64,000 nt of DNA from Kudoa neothunni (lineage: Eukaryota; Animalia; Cnidaria), in contig OZ199838.1 of NCBI GenBank assembly GCA_964304625.1, positions 5,403,978 through 5,467,977 on the forward strand, written 5' to 3'. The first letter of the stretch is position 1. Each line of letters starts with the position of its first letter. A program made the position numbers and the translations under genes. The notes beneath the pieces are model-generated. The model searched no databases. It saw only the letters and a program-made list of their open reading frames with translations, and was not told the origin of the DNA. Of the stretch, positions 14,108-28,156 are shown one piece after another.

Positions 14108-14800
14108 ATTTGATTTCGTCGATGCGTGCGCATTCTTTTTTTATTTCAAATTTGACCCATTTAGTCACACTCTAAATCCCCTTATCCTGCTTATATAGGA
14201 ATTATCAGTTTCAAAAAAATAATATTTGTCCTATCTAGGTATTACACTTTGTTTAAGGTGGTGTTAGCCCTCCCCCACAAATTTAATCCCCTTGTGTGCG
14301 ATTTGGCAGTGATAAGTATTTCTGCTTACTGGCAGCATTGCGATTGGTTAGATATAATTAAAAAGAAAACATTCTAATTTCAATGAGATTATTCTAATGA
14401 TTTATCGAGGATAAATGTAACGCGATTAAGTAATGAGTTTAACCCTCCAAGGACTTTAGGGTCTTTTGGACCCCAAACCATAATTAATTTATTCAGTATT
14501 ATGTACGTAATAATCAAAACTTCGTAAAATTCTATCTAATATCCTAACTTTCAATAATGATCATCCTTTGAAAATCTTAAGCGGAGTGAATAAAAATTAG
14601 GTGTAGAAAAAAAAAAGTTATCCTTTAAGGACTCTAGGGGTCCACGACGTTTTTTGGCCAATATGCGTTTAAATAAATAAAAATGTAGCTGTACAAGTAT
14701 CATTCATTTTGGTCACATAAAAATTCATAAATATCTTATGGGCTTGATTAATTAATGTTTATTTTTCGTAAGAATTTAATTTTCCACACGTGACCGTTAA

Positions 14801-15910
14801 TTAAACCTTTGAACCCCGAATGTAATTCAGCGGCAGAAAAATTTTGTTTTCCCATTACGTTTAATTTTACATAATTTTATATAAAATATCAAAGAATTGA
14901 AGCACTAATTTCAAAAATTAAAAAGATATACACATGGTGCCAACCGGCAACATTGGGGCGGTGCTTATTTCAATATGCGGGAGTGCTTGTTTTTTTGTTG
15001 CTTTGCTTTTAACCAAAAAATTACTCTTCCACCATCGGAAATGAAATATTAAATTATTGATTACAATTTCACTAGTCCAACAAGCAGTTTCTGTTTTTAT
15101 TGAGGCACACATGGACATTACATTTGATGAAAATATGTTCAAATAATCTATCATTGAAGAATCGGTTGAAATAAGTGAAACATTGAAACATAATATCTTC
15201 AAATTGTTCAAAAATATCAGTTGTATCAATATCATTGTTTATTAAATTTTTCGCGTTCCTTGTCTAATTTAAACAGTAGTCATCTTATTCCCCATCACTA
15301 GAACGATATTCGGATACAATGCCATCATATTGACTATACAAAATGGAATCCGATTCTAGTCCAACGTATGATTTGTGCTCATCTGGTAATAATATGATTT
15401 TTTAAAAGTATGCTCTATTTATCCCTCCCCTCAATCTAGTCAGAATCCATTCCAAAGTATACAAACGCACTTGAATCTAGGGCCGAACGTTGTTGTGTGA
15501 CAACGCTCGCTATACCATACCTCCTGGCCCAACGTTGCCAAACGGAAACATGGATTAATCTGTCCCTATAGTATACATATCAAAAAATATTTCCTTCTTA
15601 GATTCATTTTTGGAATAAACTTATTTATTACTATATGTGTATATATTTTAATTTTACTGAAACCACAAAATTCCAAGTTCAATTGCAGGATACTTTTAGC
15701 CTTTTTTATACTTGCCATAGAGTTGGATATTCATGTGTATTTCTCTTGATATAAAACATACAAATTTTTGTAATTCATTTTTATAAAATCAAATAAACAT
15801 TAACTATATTATTATAATGAAAATTGATTTAAAAAAATGTAATTAAATGGCTAAAACACTCACCGAATTAAAGTGTTGCCATTTGGCAACATTGGGATTC
15901 AAAGGGTTAA
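14801..15910. mobile_element. Non-autonomous piggyBac-type element; another TTAA-CCCT end lies at about 14439
   Basis: ttaa-acctttgaaccccgaatgt ... acattgggattcaaaggg-ttaa inverted ends; no intact ORF. Confidence 0.7.
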
Positions 15911-17269
15911 AATAAATATGGTAAACTTTCATTTACTACAAAAAATAAATTTATAGAATCACAAAAAGTGAATATAATCTATTCGAATATAGTTAATAAT
16001 TAAATTTAGACCTTCTAAATGAAATCCTCCAAACAATCGATATATTTGATTATTTATTCACAAATATAATTTGTGAAAAAGATGAAACGCAATCTAACAT
16101 GCTTTTAACATGCTAAATGCAATAGAAAATAGGGCCAAGCGGTTTTAAGGATATTTTCTGCACCAATTCTTGATGTTATCGGTTTACTGAAACTCCACAT
16201 AATACCATATTAACTGATTATTGGGTCTTCAGTATTACCACATTCCACTAATTCAATCAAAGTTTCGGATGAATCCGTATAGTTTTCTTCAAATTCACTT
16301 CCTAAAGATTAAAATTCATCAATACACTCATCATTCTCACTCTTATTTGTACAGGAAAAGCGGGGTCGCGTGACATTATTTGGGCAGATTAACAATATGC
16401 TTCTAAATAATAATTTGGAATATTAAATTGAATCTTTTCACCAAAAAATGTTAATCATTAAGTAAATTCACTTGAATTTTTTATTTCTCAAAAATTTAAG
16501 ATTACTCAGCAACTGTTTTATACATCGATTAATTACGACTCGTCCCGACGCAGTACCGATTTGATTATAACGGATTAATTACACAAATGTTCGGTTATTT
16601 TTTTCTTCAAATTTACTCGACAAAATTTTTTTAAACCGGATAAAATAATATATCTATATTTATTAAGTTAATTCATCAAATAAAAATTAACTCACAATGT
16701 AAAACACAATTTCCATTTTTAATAAAATTTTAACATATGTGCGCATTTATAAATGAATTTAAATTTGCAGAATAGAATTTTACAGCCAGAGTCAATCGTG
16801 GGGTGATTGGCAAAGATTAACGAGAATACACCTGTCTTATGTGGAGTCTGAATTTCGTTTAGAAACATTATATAACAAAATAATTGGTTAAAAAATAGTG
16901 CAAAATACAAAACTCCTCCCTGAATCAGAAATTTATTGGCTGAAAATTCTCCTAAACCCCATTTAAAAATGGCAGCAGCTATTCGCATAGCAAATTTTAA
17001 TGATAAATGACACGCACGCACGCACACTCAATGACAATTTTTAATCACAAGTTGTATGTAGAGAATATATACAGTCGATGACATGTGGTTCTTAACTTTC
17101 GAAAATACGTTAAAATTGGCAATTGTAAACGAATGGAATTATGAAATTTAACTTAAAATGCACCTTAGAATAAATATTCAATAGAAATAATATTAGCTGT
17201 CTGATAATTAAATTTGTATGGTTTCCCCTAATTTTTATAGACTGAAGTGTGGTTCGTAATTTTGTAGGG

Positions 17270-18250
17270 AATTAACACCCGATTCTTTCACATAAACTCT
17301 TGATTGAAGAAGAAAGTACAACAATATCAGAACTATATTGGAAAAATAAAAAATAATAAAATATTCTGTTATTCAGTCCTTTGATGGGGAAAAATCAATA
17401 AATGTTAGATGTTTCAATACAGTGCAACCTGGGAGCTAGTACCAATCGGAGTTCGACAAAAAAATTTGAGTCAAAAACACTTTTGAGTTCGAACACATAT
17501 GGAAAGGGTATTCGGAACAAATCCAATTGGAGCAGAGAACAGAGAATAAAAGTAATTCTAGAAGAAGAGTCGCTCAATCAAATTGAGCAAACGTCATCGA
17601 AAGGGAACCCTTTATAATCTATCGCATGAAAACCAAAAAATATTTACCCCATGTTTCATTTTTGTTATTATATTCAATATTTATTTTTTATATTTTATAC
17701 ACACAAGGTATGCAGTTTTTTCGTAAAAAAATAATAAAAAGGTCATTTATTTGATGCGCGGTAACGGATTAAACTAATTTTCTTTATTTTGCAGGGGAAA
17801 AAATTATTTGGAGTTCGAACACACTTCTAGAACGGATTATGGTCGAATTCCGAGGTTACACTGTACGATAAAACGTTACATTTCTTTCATCGAAGCTTCA
17901 ATGGAACTCGTACCTTCTAATATTTTGGGTGCACTTTTTTTAATTGCGAATGCTTGGGATTTGATAACCAAAACAACTATTGTTAATTGTTTTACCAAGA
18001 CAAAATTCAATCACAACAATATTTCTGCTGTTCCCAATAATTTAAATAATAACGATAATTAAAATTTAGAATCCGTATTTTCTGGTGGGATAAATGAAAC
18101 GATCAATGATGCAATAACATCGAACGTTGTGGATATCGGAAGTGTCAATCTCTCCGATGCACATTAAAATATCATAATAGTTAGTGAATATCCCGACGAT
18201 TCCACCGAAACTGAAATAAACGAGAATATGTCTGAATTAAAAGGTAAATA
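17270..18250 (+). pseudogene. pogo/Tigger-like (DDE_1) transposase remnant interrupted by a MITE
   Basis: SVIQSFD before the MITE and ALFLIANAWDLITKTTIVNCF after it, matching the Tigger/CENP-B 'QPLD...AW..V...TI.NCF' pattern. Confidence 0.6.
17420..17863. mobile_element. Tc1/pogo-type MITE
   Basis: TA-cagtgcaacctggga ... tccgaggttacactg-TA, with an internal repeated gagttcgaacac. Confidence 0.75.
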
Positions 18251-19289
18251 AAGATATTAATTTCCAAAAATGTCCAATTTATTTAGGCAAATTTAAACAA
18301 TACCTTATCGTGCATGGTTTGAATAAATACACATATACTATGGATATTGAAAACAAAGTATATTGAATAATCATAAAAATTTTGAATATTTTCTAAAAAC
18401 ATATGTTACTAATTACCAGTCCCTTCTACATAGAGTGATTTAAAACAGCAATGTGCGCGCATCTATAAAAAGTTGCGAACCACACGTACGGTACATGTGG
18501 TTCGTAACTTTTTTGAGTTCTCAGTGAGATTTGGGAAAATCATAGTTTTTTGTAGTAAAAATTTGTCACACTCCGAAATTATTTACCATGCAACTAACCA
18601 CTTTCAATTTAAAATGTCGCACGGGATTAGTGGCACTACCGAATGCCAACGACTAATGAAAAAGTGAGAATTTTCTTTGAAAATTTATAGATATTTTTTC
18701 ATCACCTAATATTTAAAAAATATGCTAAGTTGACATCAAGTGAAATCGTTAAAGTGGGGCACGTGTAATTATGTTAAATTTTGGAGCCACATACTCTGTG
18801 ATTGCCACAAAACATTATTTTTATGTGAGTTTTAAGGTTATCAGAGATGTAATAATCAAACTCAAGGAGGTTATAAATTAAAGTAATGACCGACACTTAC
18901 GTATAATCGATAATCTATCGCAGTAGCCATGCTAACGTGCACACATCATAGTGTTTTATGCATTCAGGTTGAAAGACACATGGGGATGTATCAGACACAA
19001 TTAAATACTCATTTACATGACAAGTGTCAAAAATAATATTCAATTAGTCCTATAAAGCTATATAATGTTTTCACAATTTCATTCTAATATGCGCAATATA
19101 TTTTAGGCTCCCACAATAAAATGTGTAGTATCACTGAGCTCTTGGGTGAACTTATAAATTCAGATATATATCCAACATCATATTAAAATACTTTTAAATT
19201 ATTAAAGTATACGTGAATATGAATTAGAACGAAAACTGTAAAAATTTTATTACAGTTCGTTGAGACGAAGATTCACGACAAGATACATC

Positions 19290-21434
19290 ATGTCGGCTCC
19301 TCAGTTTCTTGCATTTGACGAATATGGTCGTCCTTATATTCTTGTAAGAGATCAAGAGAAAAAAAACCCGTTTGACCGGTATTGAGGCACAAAAAGTATA
19401 TTGGGTGTGGGGATTACTGTTGATTATTTGATTAGTCATACATTAACGTTGCAAAGAATGTTGCCAACAATCTCAGATCATCGCTCGGCCCAAAGGGTAG
19501 TTTTTTGATTTGAACAACGATTAGATTGAAGTTGGCCGGTTGATTGGTAGGTATGGACAAAATTTTGGTCAGTAGCGATGGGGATATAGTTATTTCAAAT
19601 GATGGTGCTACAATAATGAGTAATACTGATTTTGGGCATGAGATCGGTAAGCTCATGGTGGAATTGTCGCGCTCCCAAGACGACGAAATCGGTGATGGTA
19701 CCACTGGTGTTGTTGGTAATTCATTTGGATAACAATTACAATTTTTCCACTCCCAATTATGTTTTTATGTCAAATATTGTTAGCTTAATTATTTTTTTGT
19801 CAAATTTCGACTTAATAAAACTTTTTAAATCATGTTTCAAGAAATTAAAAATTTATTAATAATCACTAAATTTGATTGAATGATTGTGACCGTCATATTT
19901 TTCAGTGTTGGCTGGTGCTATGCTGGAGAATGCAGAAAAACTACTAAATATGAATATCCACTCGAGTAAAATTGCTTCTGGCTACAGTCGAGCGGCCGAG
20001 TTGGCATGTAAACAGTTGGATACAATTAGCGAGAAATTACCACCTATTCTTAATGACAAAGAACTGCTCATTGAAACTGCTATGACCACTCTTGGTTCAA
20101 AGATGTAAATAATTATTGTGTTGGTTTAACCTTGTTAAAAAATCTTTTCAGTTGATTTAATTGTTGTGTGCACGTACACAGTTAATTATGAATGACTTAT
20201 AATTTAGTAATGTTCGCATTCATATAAAACTATATCATAATAAATTTTTAAGACAATGGATGGGACTGCTCATAATAATTTTTTTATAGAGTGAGTAAAT
20301 GTAGAAGACAATTGGCTGAGATTGCTGTCGAAGCGGTTCTATCTGTGACTGACTTTGAGAGGAATGACGTCAATTTTGAGTTGATTAAAATTCACAAGAA
20401 GGAAGGTGGTAGACTAGAAGATACCACCCTAGTTAAAGGTGTCATCCTTGACAAGGAAATTAGTCACCCACAAATGCCGAAAACATTACAGGATGCAAAG
20501 ATTGCAATTCTTACTTGTCCTTTCGAACCACCAAAACCAAAAACCAAGCATCGTCTAGAAATCAGTTCGGTGGAAGATTTCAAAAAGTTGCGCCAATACG
20601 AAAAAGACACTTTCAACGATATGGTTAAAAAGGTCAAGGATTCGGGAGCAACTTTAGTCATTTGTCAATGGGGTTTTGATGATGAAGCTAATCATCTACT
20701 CTACCAAAATAATCTTCCAGCTATTAGATGGGTAGGTGGTCCAGAGATTGAGTTGATTGCCATCAGTACTGGTGGTAGAATTGTGCCAAGATTCTGTGAA
20801 TTGTCTCCTGAAAAATTAGGAAAGGCTACTTCGGTTCGTGAGGTTCCACTTGGCACCACTAAGGATCGTATGGTTTTCATTGAAGGATGCTCCAACTCTA
20901 AAGCTGTCACTATTTTCGTTCGTGGAAGCAATCGAATGGTGTTGGATGAGGCTGAACGTTCGCTTCATGATGCTATTTGTGTGATTCGTAATCTGGTGAG
21001 AGATGGACGCATTTTGTATGGTGGTGGTGCTCCAGAAATCGCCTGTTCCATAGCTATAAATAATTGCATCACTAAAGTTGATTCGATCAATCAATACACT
21101 TTCCAAGCTTTTGCCGATGCCCTGGAGTCGATTCCATCAGCTCTGGCTGAAAATTCAGGGTTGTCCCCCATTGAGACAGTGGCTGGAGTTAAAGCGCAGC
21201 AGATTGCCGATAGCAACTCCACCTATGGTATAGATTGTATGCGTACTGGTTCCAATGGTAATTTTTTCGGCCGTTTTGTGACACACTATTTAAAAACTCT
21301 GGTTAGATATGAAAAAACAACATGTCATTGAAACTCTACACGGTAAAAAACAGCAAATCCAGTTAGCTACCCAACTTGTAAGAATGATTCTACGCATTGA
21401 TGATATTCATCACAGCCAAGAAGAAACTGATTAG
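19290..21434 (+). CDS. CCT5: T-complex protein 1 subunit epsilon; six exons, one apparent +1 frameshift in exon 1
   Basis: [80 protein letters not shown] at 21432-21434 follows a last intron at about 21259-21306. Confidence 0.97.
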
Positions 21435-21710
21435 AAACCACATCCAATTTAGCACTGTTGTTAGGCAGTTTGCTAACCGACGTATTAGCTTTTCTCAAAT
21501 TTACATTATTGTCGAAAGTATATATATTTAGTTTTTATTTATTTTTTTTTCTACACAAATTTCATCTACAACATTCCAAGCATTTATACTTCATTGGCGT
21601 AAACTTCATAGCTTCGCCTGAAAGCGTATTTTGCTTTCAAAAATCGTTGAAAAATATGGTTTAATTCACAGAAGAAAGGATTAACTAAAAATCTGTTTAA
21701 CCCTCTAAGG

Positions 21711-22331
21711 CAGGGGTTCTCAATCGGTAGTAAAATTTAAATGACAGGGGTAAATTAAGCAACATTAAAATGAGATAGGGAAAATTTTGGCATAATGGGG
21801 GTTTTGACATAAGGATTTTTTCTAAGGAACTATATTATTCGAGACTATTAAACTCAATAGGAAGTTGGCAGAAATGCTTAAAATATTTTTAGAAATAAGT
21901 ATTTAACAACTATTTATAAAACTGTTAGCAGTCTATTTCGTGTATATCTCGTTTATCTTTAGCGGTGTGGCCTGATAGTACTAATAATAATAATAACAAC
22001 ACTTAAAATGATTATTTACATGGTAAATAATATTTAGGTATCACTAGTTTGTACGATATCTAATTCGTCTTGCCCCTAGAGTGTAGAAATCGACCAGCAA
22101 TAATATATTTAGCGAAATCGAAAAAATCAAAACAATAGACAGCTTGTAGTTTGTAAGTAAGAGTTGTTGAGTTTAAATATTGGCATTACACAAGCGTACA
22201 TGCATTTTAGGAACAGAATTTATCGTACAACCAACCTCTGTTATAGCTCAACAAGTATAAAACCTTAAAATAAATATGAATTTGGCTCCCATTTTGGGGG
22301 GTAATTTTGAAAAAGCGGCTGAGAACCCTTG
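21711..22331. mobile_element. Non-autonomous hAT element
   Basis: TIRs caggggttctca ... tgagaacccttg. The internal segment at about 22150-22250 recurs at about 39520-39610. Confidence 0.7.
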
Positions 22332-24179
22332 CCTTATAGTGTTAAATTGACTCATTTCAATGAATGTGATAAAAGAAATTAAAATTATTTATGGAAGTTA
22401 TTGAAATAGTAAAATCTATACAATTATATTAAAACATGTGAAAATCAAATTTATCTCGTTCTGATTAATACCTCTTGACTTAAAATAACAATTAGTGCGC
22501 TCATTCCAACAAATACTTGCACACATAATTATTCTATATGGGTTGGTGATATAATCTAATAAACAAATGATTTTAGTATATAAGGATGAATGTTAACTCC
22601 AATTGATGATCTCTTTGAAATAAGCAAACAATAATCCTATTACTGAAAATCTGGAATCCACTTAACCCCCTCGTAATGCGTGGAAAAAATCAGGCGTGTT
22701 CCGATAGGGACCGTTCGGACCCCAGAAAAAACTATCTTAATGATCTTTAATTTCTTTGTGGCATGCTTTTAACAATTTTTAAATTATTTATAAGATGTTC
22801 TTCATAGGAAATTAAATTAACTATGATGCGATAATAGGTTACAAAACTGGTCCCATGATGTATCAATATCGGCTATTTAAAATTAAGGAATAACTTAATG
22901 GTACAAAAATTAAAACTGAAAACATTTAATCTGAAAATAAAGTAGTCTGGAAAATGAAGAACATTATAAAAGAGGCAATCGCAAGTAAAATTGATCGGAG
23001 CGGATAGCAACAGCGGCAGCGTTATCGTATAAGATCGGAAACAACAATTTAACAATGAAAGGATTAGATTGAATAAAGGTGCCTTGGATCTAATGAGTAA
23101 TTTAACGTAATTTTTAGTGTATATAAAAGCTAACATTCAAATTAACTCTTGAAATTTGACGTATATATTCCTTTTTGTCAGACATAATTTGATGTTTGAA
23201 AACACTAGATATGTCGCGTTAGTTCTATGATGTAATCTTTAATTTTCTCTGTATTTCTCTGTTTTAAAGAATATGATCTTATAAGTTTAATAATAACAGA
23301 AATGGGTTTTCATGATTATAAAGTTAAGTGAAACGACCTAAAATCCCACGATTTTTGAAATTACATTATTAATTCTCTTTAAAAATTATTAAAATTAAGA
23401 AATTTTCAGAGCAATTACTGGCATCATTCTAATGGCAAGCTTATAATAACGGCTAGTAAATCCGAAATTAAGATATATTATTTTTGTATTTAGACTCGGT
23501 AATCCGCGGTGAAATTCTACGATATGCTAAGAATCATCATTTACTCAATTAAATATTACATCTTAAATATAAACCCTCAAATATACGAGGAAAATATATT
23601 TTCTCGGTATATATGTATTTTCTCTAAAATCAAAACATACTTTTGTAAAGGCACAAAAATCATTTCCCTCTGAGTCACACGAAAATTTACACTTCAAGTA
23701 AAAAAGGGGTAGAAATTTCCCCCAAATTCTGTTCCTGTAAAATTGGCTGAAATATAAAGTTATACAATCTCGAATAGTTTTAATAAATTCTATCGATTAG
23801 ATTTCGAGTAATTCAAGAAACATTATTATTAAGCCCCTCCGCGCTTGCGTAGAATCTAAAGTACTTGTTTTGGCTAAACTTCAGTATGCGTGTACAGACA
23901 TTAGAACAGCGCTTCCCAACTAAAACTGAACTCGCACCCCCATTTTTTGACAAAACGAAATTCGCACCTCTTTGCATACGATAAGGTGTAACTGACTTAA
24001 AATTTATCAAAAATTATTTTCAATTTTGATTGGATCTCGCACTACCCGAAACCAAAGTTCGCACCCCCTAAGGTGCGGGCGCCCCTACATTAGAAGGTAT
24101 AGTATATTCTCGGGAAATATTTGCGCCACGTTAAATTTTAAAAAGAAAGTTCACATTGAAAATATAGATACCATAATAA

Positions 24180-24960
24180 TACTTGATTATGGTTATTTTC
24201 GAGATGATATAAATTATACATTTGAAGCTATGATCAATACTGGACTTTCGAGGAGTTATCCTAAATGTTCTTGTGGCTCGATAATGAAAATGGTGTCAAG
24301 GAAGGACATTGGTGATGGTCATCAGTTTTGTTGCAAAATTTTCCGAAAGAGAAGCTGAATTAGAAAATATAATATTTTCGAACTATCAAAGCTTCCATTG
24401 TGGAAATACAACATCATGTCAATATCGCATCCTTTTCTATCAGAGCGGAATGGAAAAGTTTAATTCGAGATTTGATGGCTTCGAAATTGGATGAAGAACG
24501 CACAAAAATTGGAGGCGAGAACATTGTAGTTCAAATCAATGAGACTGTTGTCTCCAAAAGAAAATACAATGTGGGGAGAATTTTAAAGAACCAACAGTTC
24601 TGGTTAATTGGGGGAATAAACGAAAATGGTGACTGTTTTTAAAAATATCCCATTACAGGAATCAGAATGTTCTTGAGAACATAATAGTTGATAAAGTAGA
24701 AGAAGGATCCACAATATGGACTGACGGTTGGGCTGGATACAATAGGTTAGAAAGTTTAGGCTTCCTTCATGGAAGAGTTATCCATAAGCGACAGCTTGTT
24801 TCAGGTGAAGGAGTCCATACCAACCGATTGAGTCTATTTGGGGCGTTTTAAACGTAAATACAAAAACGCCACAAAAACCCCCGAAAAACCTTTCCTGATT
24901 GTATATCAGACTACCTTTTCGAAGGATGTATTACAAACGAGAATTAAGAATACTTTGTAG
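24180..24960 (+). pseudogene. Merlin (IS1016/ISXO2-like) transposase remnant inserted in the piggyBac
   Basis: KIGGENIVVQINETVVSKRKYNVGR, FWLIGGI, GSTIWTDGWAGYNRL and GVHTN, plus an N-terminal CxC motif; frameshifted. Confidence 0.85.
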
Positions 24961-25089
24961 ATATTTATTGATATTATATACAAATAAAATGCATTGCTGA
25001 TTTTTACCGAGCGTTCTCATCGAATTCCGAACTTGGTACACGTAAAACGTAGTTTAGCCAAAGATTTTTCGTTGGTTTATCGCGCATTA

Positions 25090-26650
25090 ATAAATGTAAT
25101 ATTTACACCAAAATCAACAAATATAGTGAGAAAATGGTGTTATTTCTTGAAACATGCCAAAAATGTTTTTACAGCAAAACACAGAGCAAACGTCACATCT
25201 GTTGACAGTTTCTGTCATTGTTTCTTCCGCACAATCGACACCTTCCACTATTTCGGTTGTTTGGCCTAATCGCGCCTGTTCTTTGAATTTGTGGAACATT
25301 ATTCATATACTAAGAATTCTTAGAAATCAATAGGGTAATCATTTCTTCGGCCATTTTTTAACAAAATCTCTCCTCAGAAGATTCGTAGAATTAAATATTT
25401 CGTTATAAATGCAGAAATCATTGATCAACGAGATGTCTAACATATTGAAAAATACAAGTGGTCAACGTCTAGTGATCCTTTTTACAGCCAACGATGCCAA
25501 CATTCTCGCGATGGTATCAACTCCACCCTTGACTGAATTGTAATAAGTTATAACTTCTGACTTATGTGGTGATTCATCGGCTATGTTTGTATTTGATGAC
25601 GAAGAACAGAGCATATAAACAGGCTTGTTTTTCTTCGCCAAATATCGCAATATCATTTTTTTGTGGTTAAAAACAAAAAGAGAAGAATTCACGATGCTTG
25701 CTCTAGTGGATCTCAAATAAGGAGGAATCTCTCGTTTATTAGAGCGCATGGTTCCCACCATTGTAACTTTGTTGGTCAACAATTTATCCGCCAATTCTAC
25801 GGACGTACAAAAACTATCGCACACCAAATTTCGCCCCGAACCATGAAAGGGCTCTATCAAATGTAACACGATTTCTTTGCCTACATTTGTAGCGCTTACA
25901 GCTTCATCACCACGCTGTCCCAGATATACACATATATTGGATACATAAGTCGGTAGAGGATCCACTAGCAAGAAAAATTTTATTCGATACTTGGCGGGTC
26001 TCATGGGCATATATTGTTTGAATTTACAACGACCCCGAAAGGCAACAAGTTGCTCATCAATGCAAATATCCTCGTATGGGCGGAAACTTGAAGCAAGTAA
26101 ATCTATCCAAACTTCCCAAATCTCACATATATGACAGAATTTGTCCGTGGCCTTCCTTATTTCTCTTGTTTCTGTGCCATCGAAATGAGGGATAAGCATG
26201 ATTTGACGGAATCTATCGAGAGAAAACAAATCACGGTATATTTTTCTACACTCTTCAGGATTAAACAATTCTTTTAAGGGCTCTTGGTTATCTTTGTGAA
26301 CACCCATCAGCAACAAATAAACGATAAATGCGTCTAGTTCAATTTTGTCTAGTTGTATCCACGTATCACCATAAATGTAGGATCCAGATTGATTCGTGTA
26401 TTTTAAAATAAGTCGTACATTTGTTGATTGAAAGATGTCCGAAATGTATAGACCATTGAATTAATATTCTGTTTTATGAAGGAGGAAACGCCGAAACTAT
26501 TGTACAAAGTGTTTTCAGTTGATGTTCGAGGAGATACTGGAGCCTTAGTCTCCTATAATGCCCAATTCTTGTCAATAAGATTGTCGATTAGAAGATTTAT
26601 ATCAAAATCGCGTCTATCTAAAGATTCTTCATCCAGAAGGTCGTAATAAG
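25090..26650 (-). pseudogene. piggyBac (PGBD4-like) transposase pseudogene
   Basis: CIDEQLVAFRGRCKFKQYMPMRPAKY, RNLVCDSF, VGTMRSNKREIP, YNSVKGGVDT, RITRR*PLVFFNMLD and C-terminal RCDVCSVFCC. Confidence 0.9.
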
Positions 26651-28156
26651 TGTCCGATGAGTCGGAATCTGAGCAACTTCCAGTGTATTCGCACGAACTC
26701 ATCGCACACAAAACCAGAGGGGAGCGAGCGCAAGCGGGTTAATAATAATGTTTCTTGATTTACTCGAAATCTAATTGATAGAATTTGTTAAAACTATTCG
26801 AGATTATATAGCTTCATATTTCAAACAATTTTAGTTAGACAAAATCTGGGTAGATTTCTACCCCGTTTTTACTTGGAAGGTATTGCTGAAATAAAATTTT
26901 TTATGTTTAACTGACACACCTATTTATTCCTTATATTTATACTATAAAAGAGGTTACAAGATTATACTGAATTTTAAGAACATTGGTCTTTTATTTATTA
27001 GATAAAAAATGACTCCGAATATCATATGGGGGTAGATTTCTACCTCATTTTACTTGGAGGGTTAATATTGGCCAGTATGAATTTTTTTTAAGTGTAATAT
27101 TTTCATACCAATCCAAATTCTTTAAATTTTTAGAAGAATTCCGAAATTTATGGATGCGTTGAATTTGTCTATCCAAAACTATGTTCAAATCAGTCGGATT
27201 TAGGGTCCACGCAGACCCCACTCCGAGCAGGGAGGGTTAAAAGATATCTATAAAATCGTAATGTTTATATGCTTTGATAATGTTGAGGTTTTAATGATAA
27301 TTAGTTTAATATTTAAAGATTAAAGGTTTCATGAACGACTTTCTATCAGGAGAAATTGTCGCGTATGTGTATTTAGAGACACAGAGACGGAGAGAGAATT
27401 TCATCTATACAGTGAAACCCCATTTTTCGTAAAACTTGGACTCATAATTTTTTTCCAGATAATCGAGCATTTATGAACACGAAATTTCATTAAGATCTTC
27501 CAACAATTTTAAATGTCTACCGGATAATAGAATTCCGGATATTCGAGATTTCAGTATAAAAGATTGAACATAATCTATAAAGTTAACTGAAATAATATTT
27601 TTGGTTTTTAATTGTTTGTATCAAATAGAATAGCCTAGAAAAAAGTAAATTATGGAAATAATATTATAGATATATTGTTGGATAATAGTTAACGACTGGT
27701 TGAGGTGATTTGATAGTAACTTGAAGGTGAACATATAAATTAGGGGAATATGTTTGTCATGTTATTTTGTTTTAATCTACGTTTACACGTAAAACCCCTT
27801 TATCTTAATGCTCGCTAATTTTTTGAGTTAATTTCTACGTCTAGAATTTATGTATATTTATTCAAAGAGTGATGCCATAGATCGTTATGGGGTTTTCCCA
27901 CGTTTGCAAAGCAACAATATCTGATGGATTGTTCAATCAAAATTTGAGGCAACCTCAACCAACATTCGAATACATGGGAATATAATACACCTAATGTATT
28001 CTTTATTTAGTTGTAGTAATTCATATAACACCTTACATATTTTACACATTAATCGAAAATTAATGAACGCGTTAAACTCACTTACTTTACATGGTAATAA
28101 CTTTCAGTGAAGAGGATTTTTCTCTGATATTATACTGATAACACTTTTACGAAATC

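Larger units (their letters stand above)
23690..27065 (-). mobile_element. piggyBac transposon with long subterminal inverted repeats
   Basis: About 160 nt inverted repeat (23690-23850 vs 26728-26880); end ...ttttacttggagggttaa at 27065; transposase on the minus strand. Confidence 0.82.
22662..27240. mobile_element. Outer piggyBac-type element enclosing a nested TE cluster
   Basis: ttaaccccc ... gggagggttaa ends, each with a subterminal palindrome (gggaccgttcggacccc; gggtccacgcagacccc). Pairing of the two ends is inferred. Confidence 0.5.
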
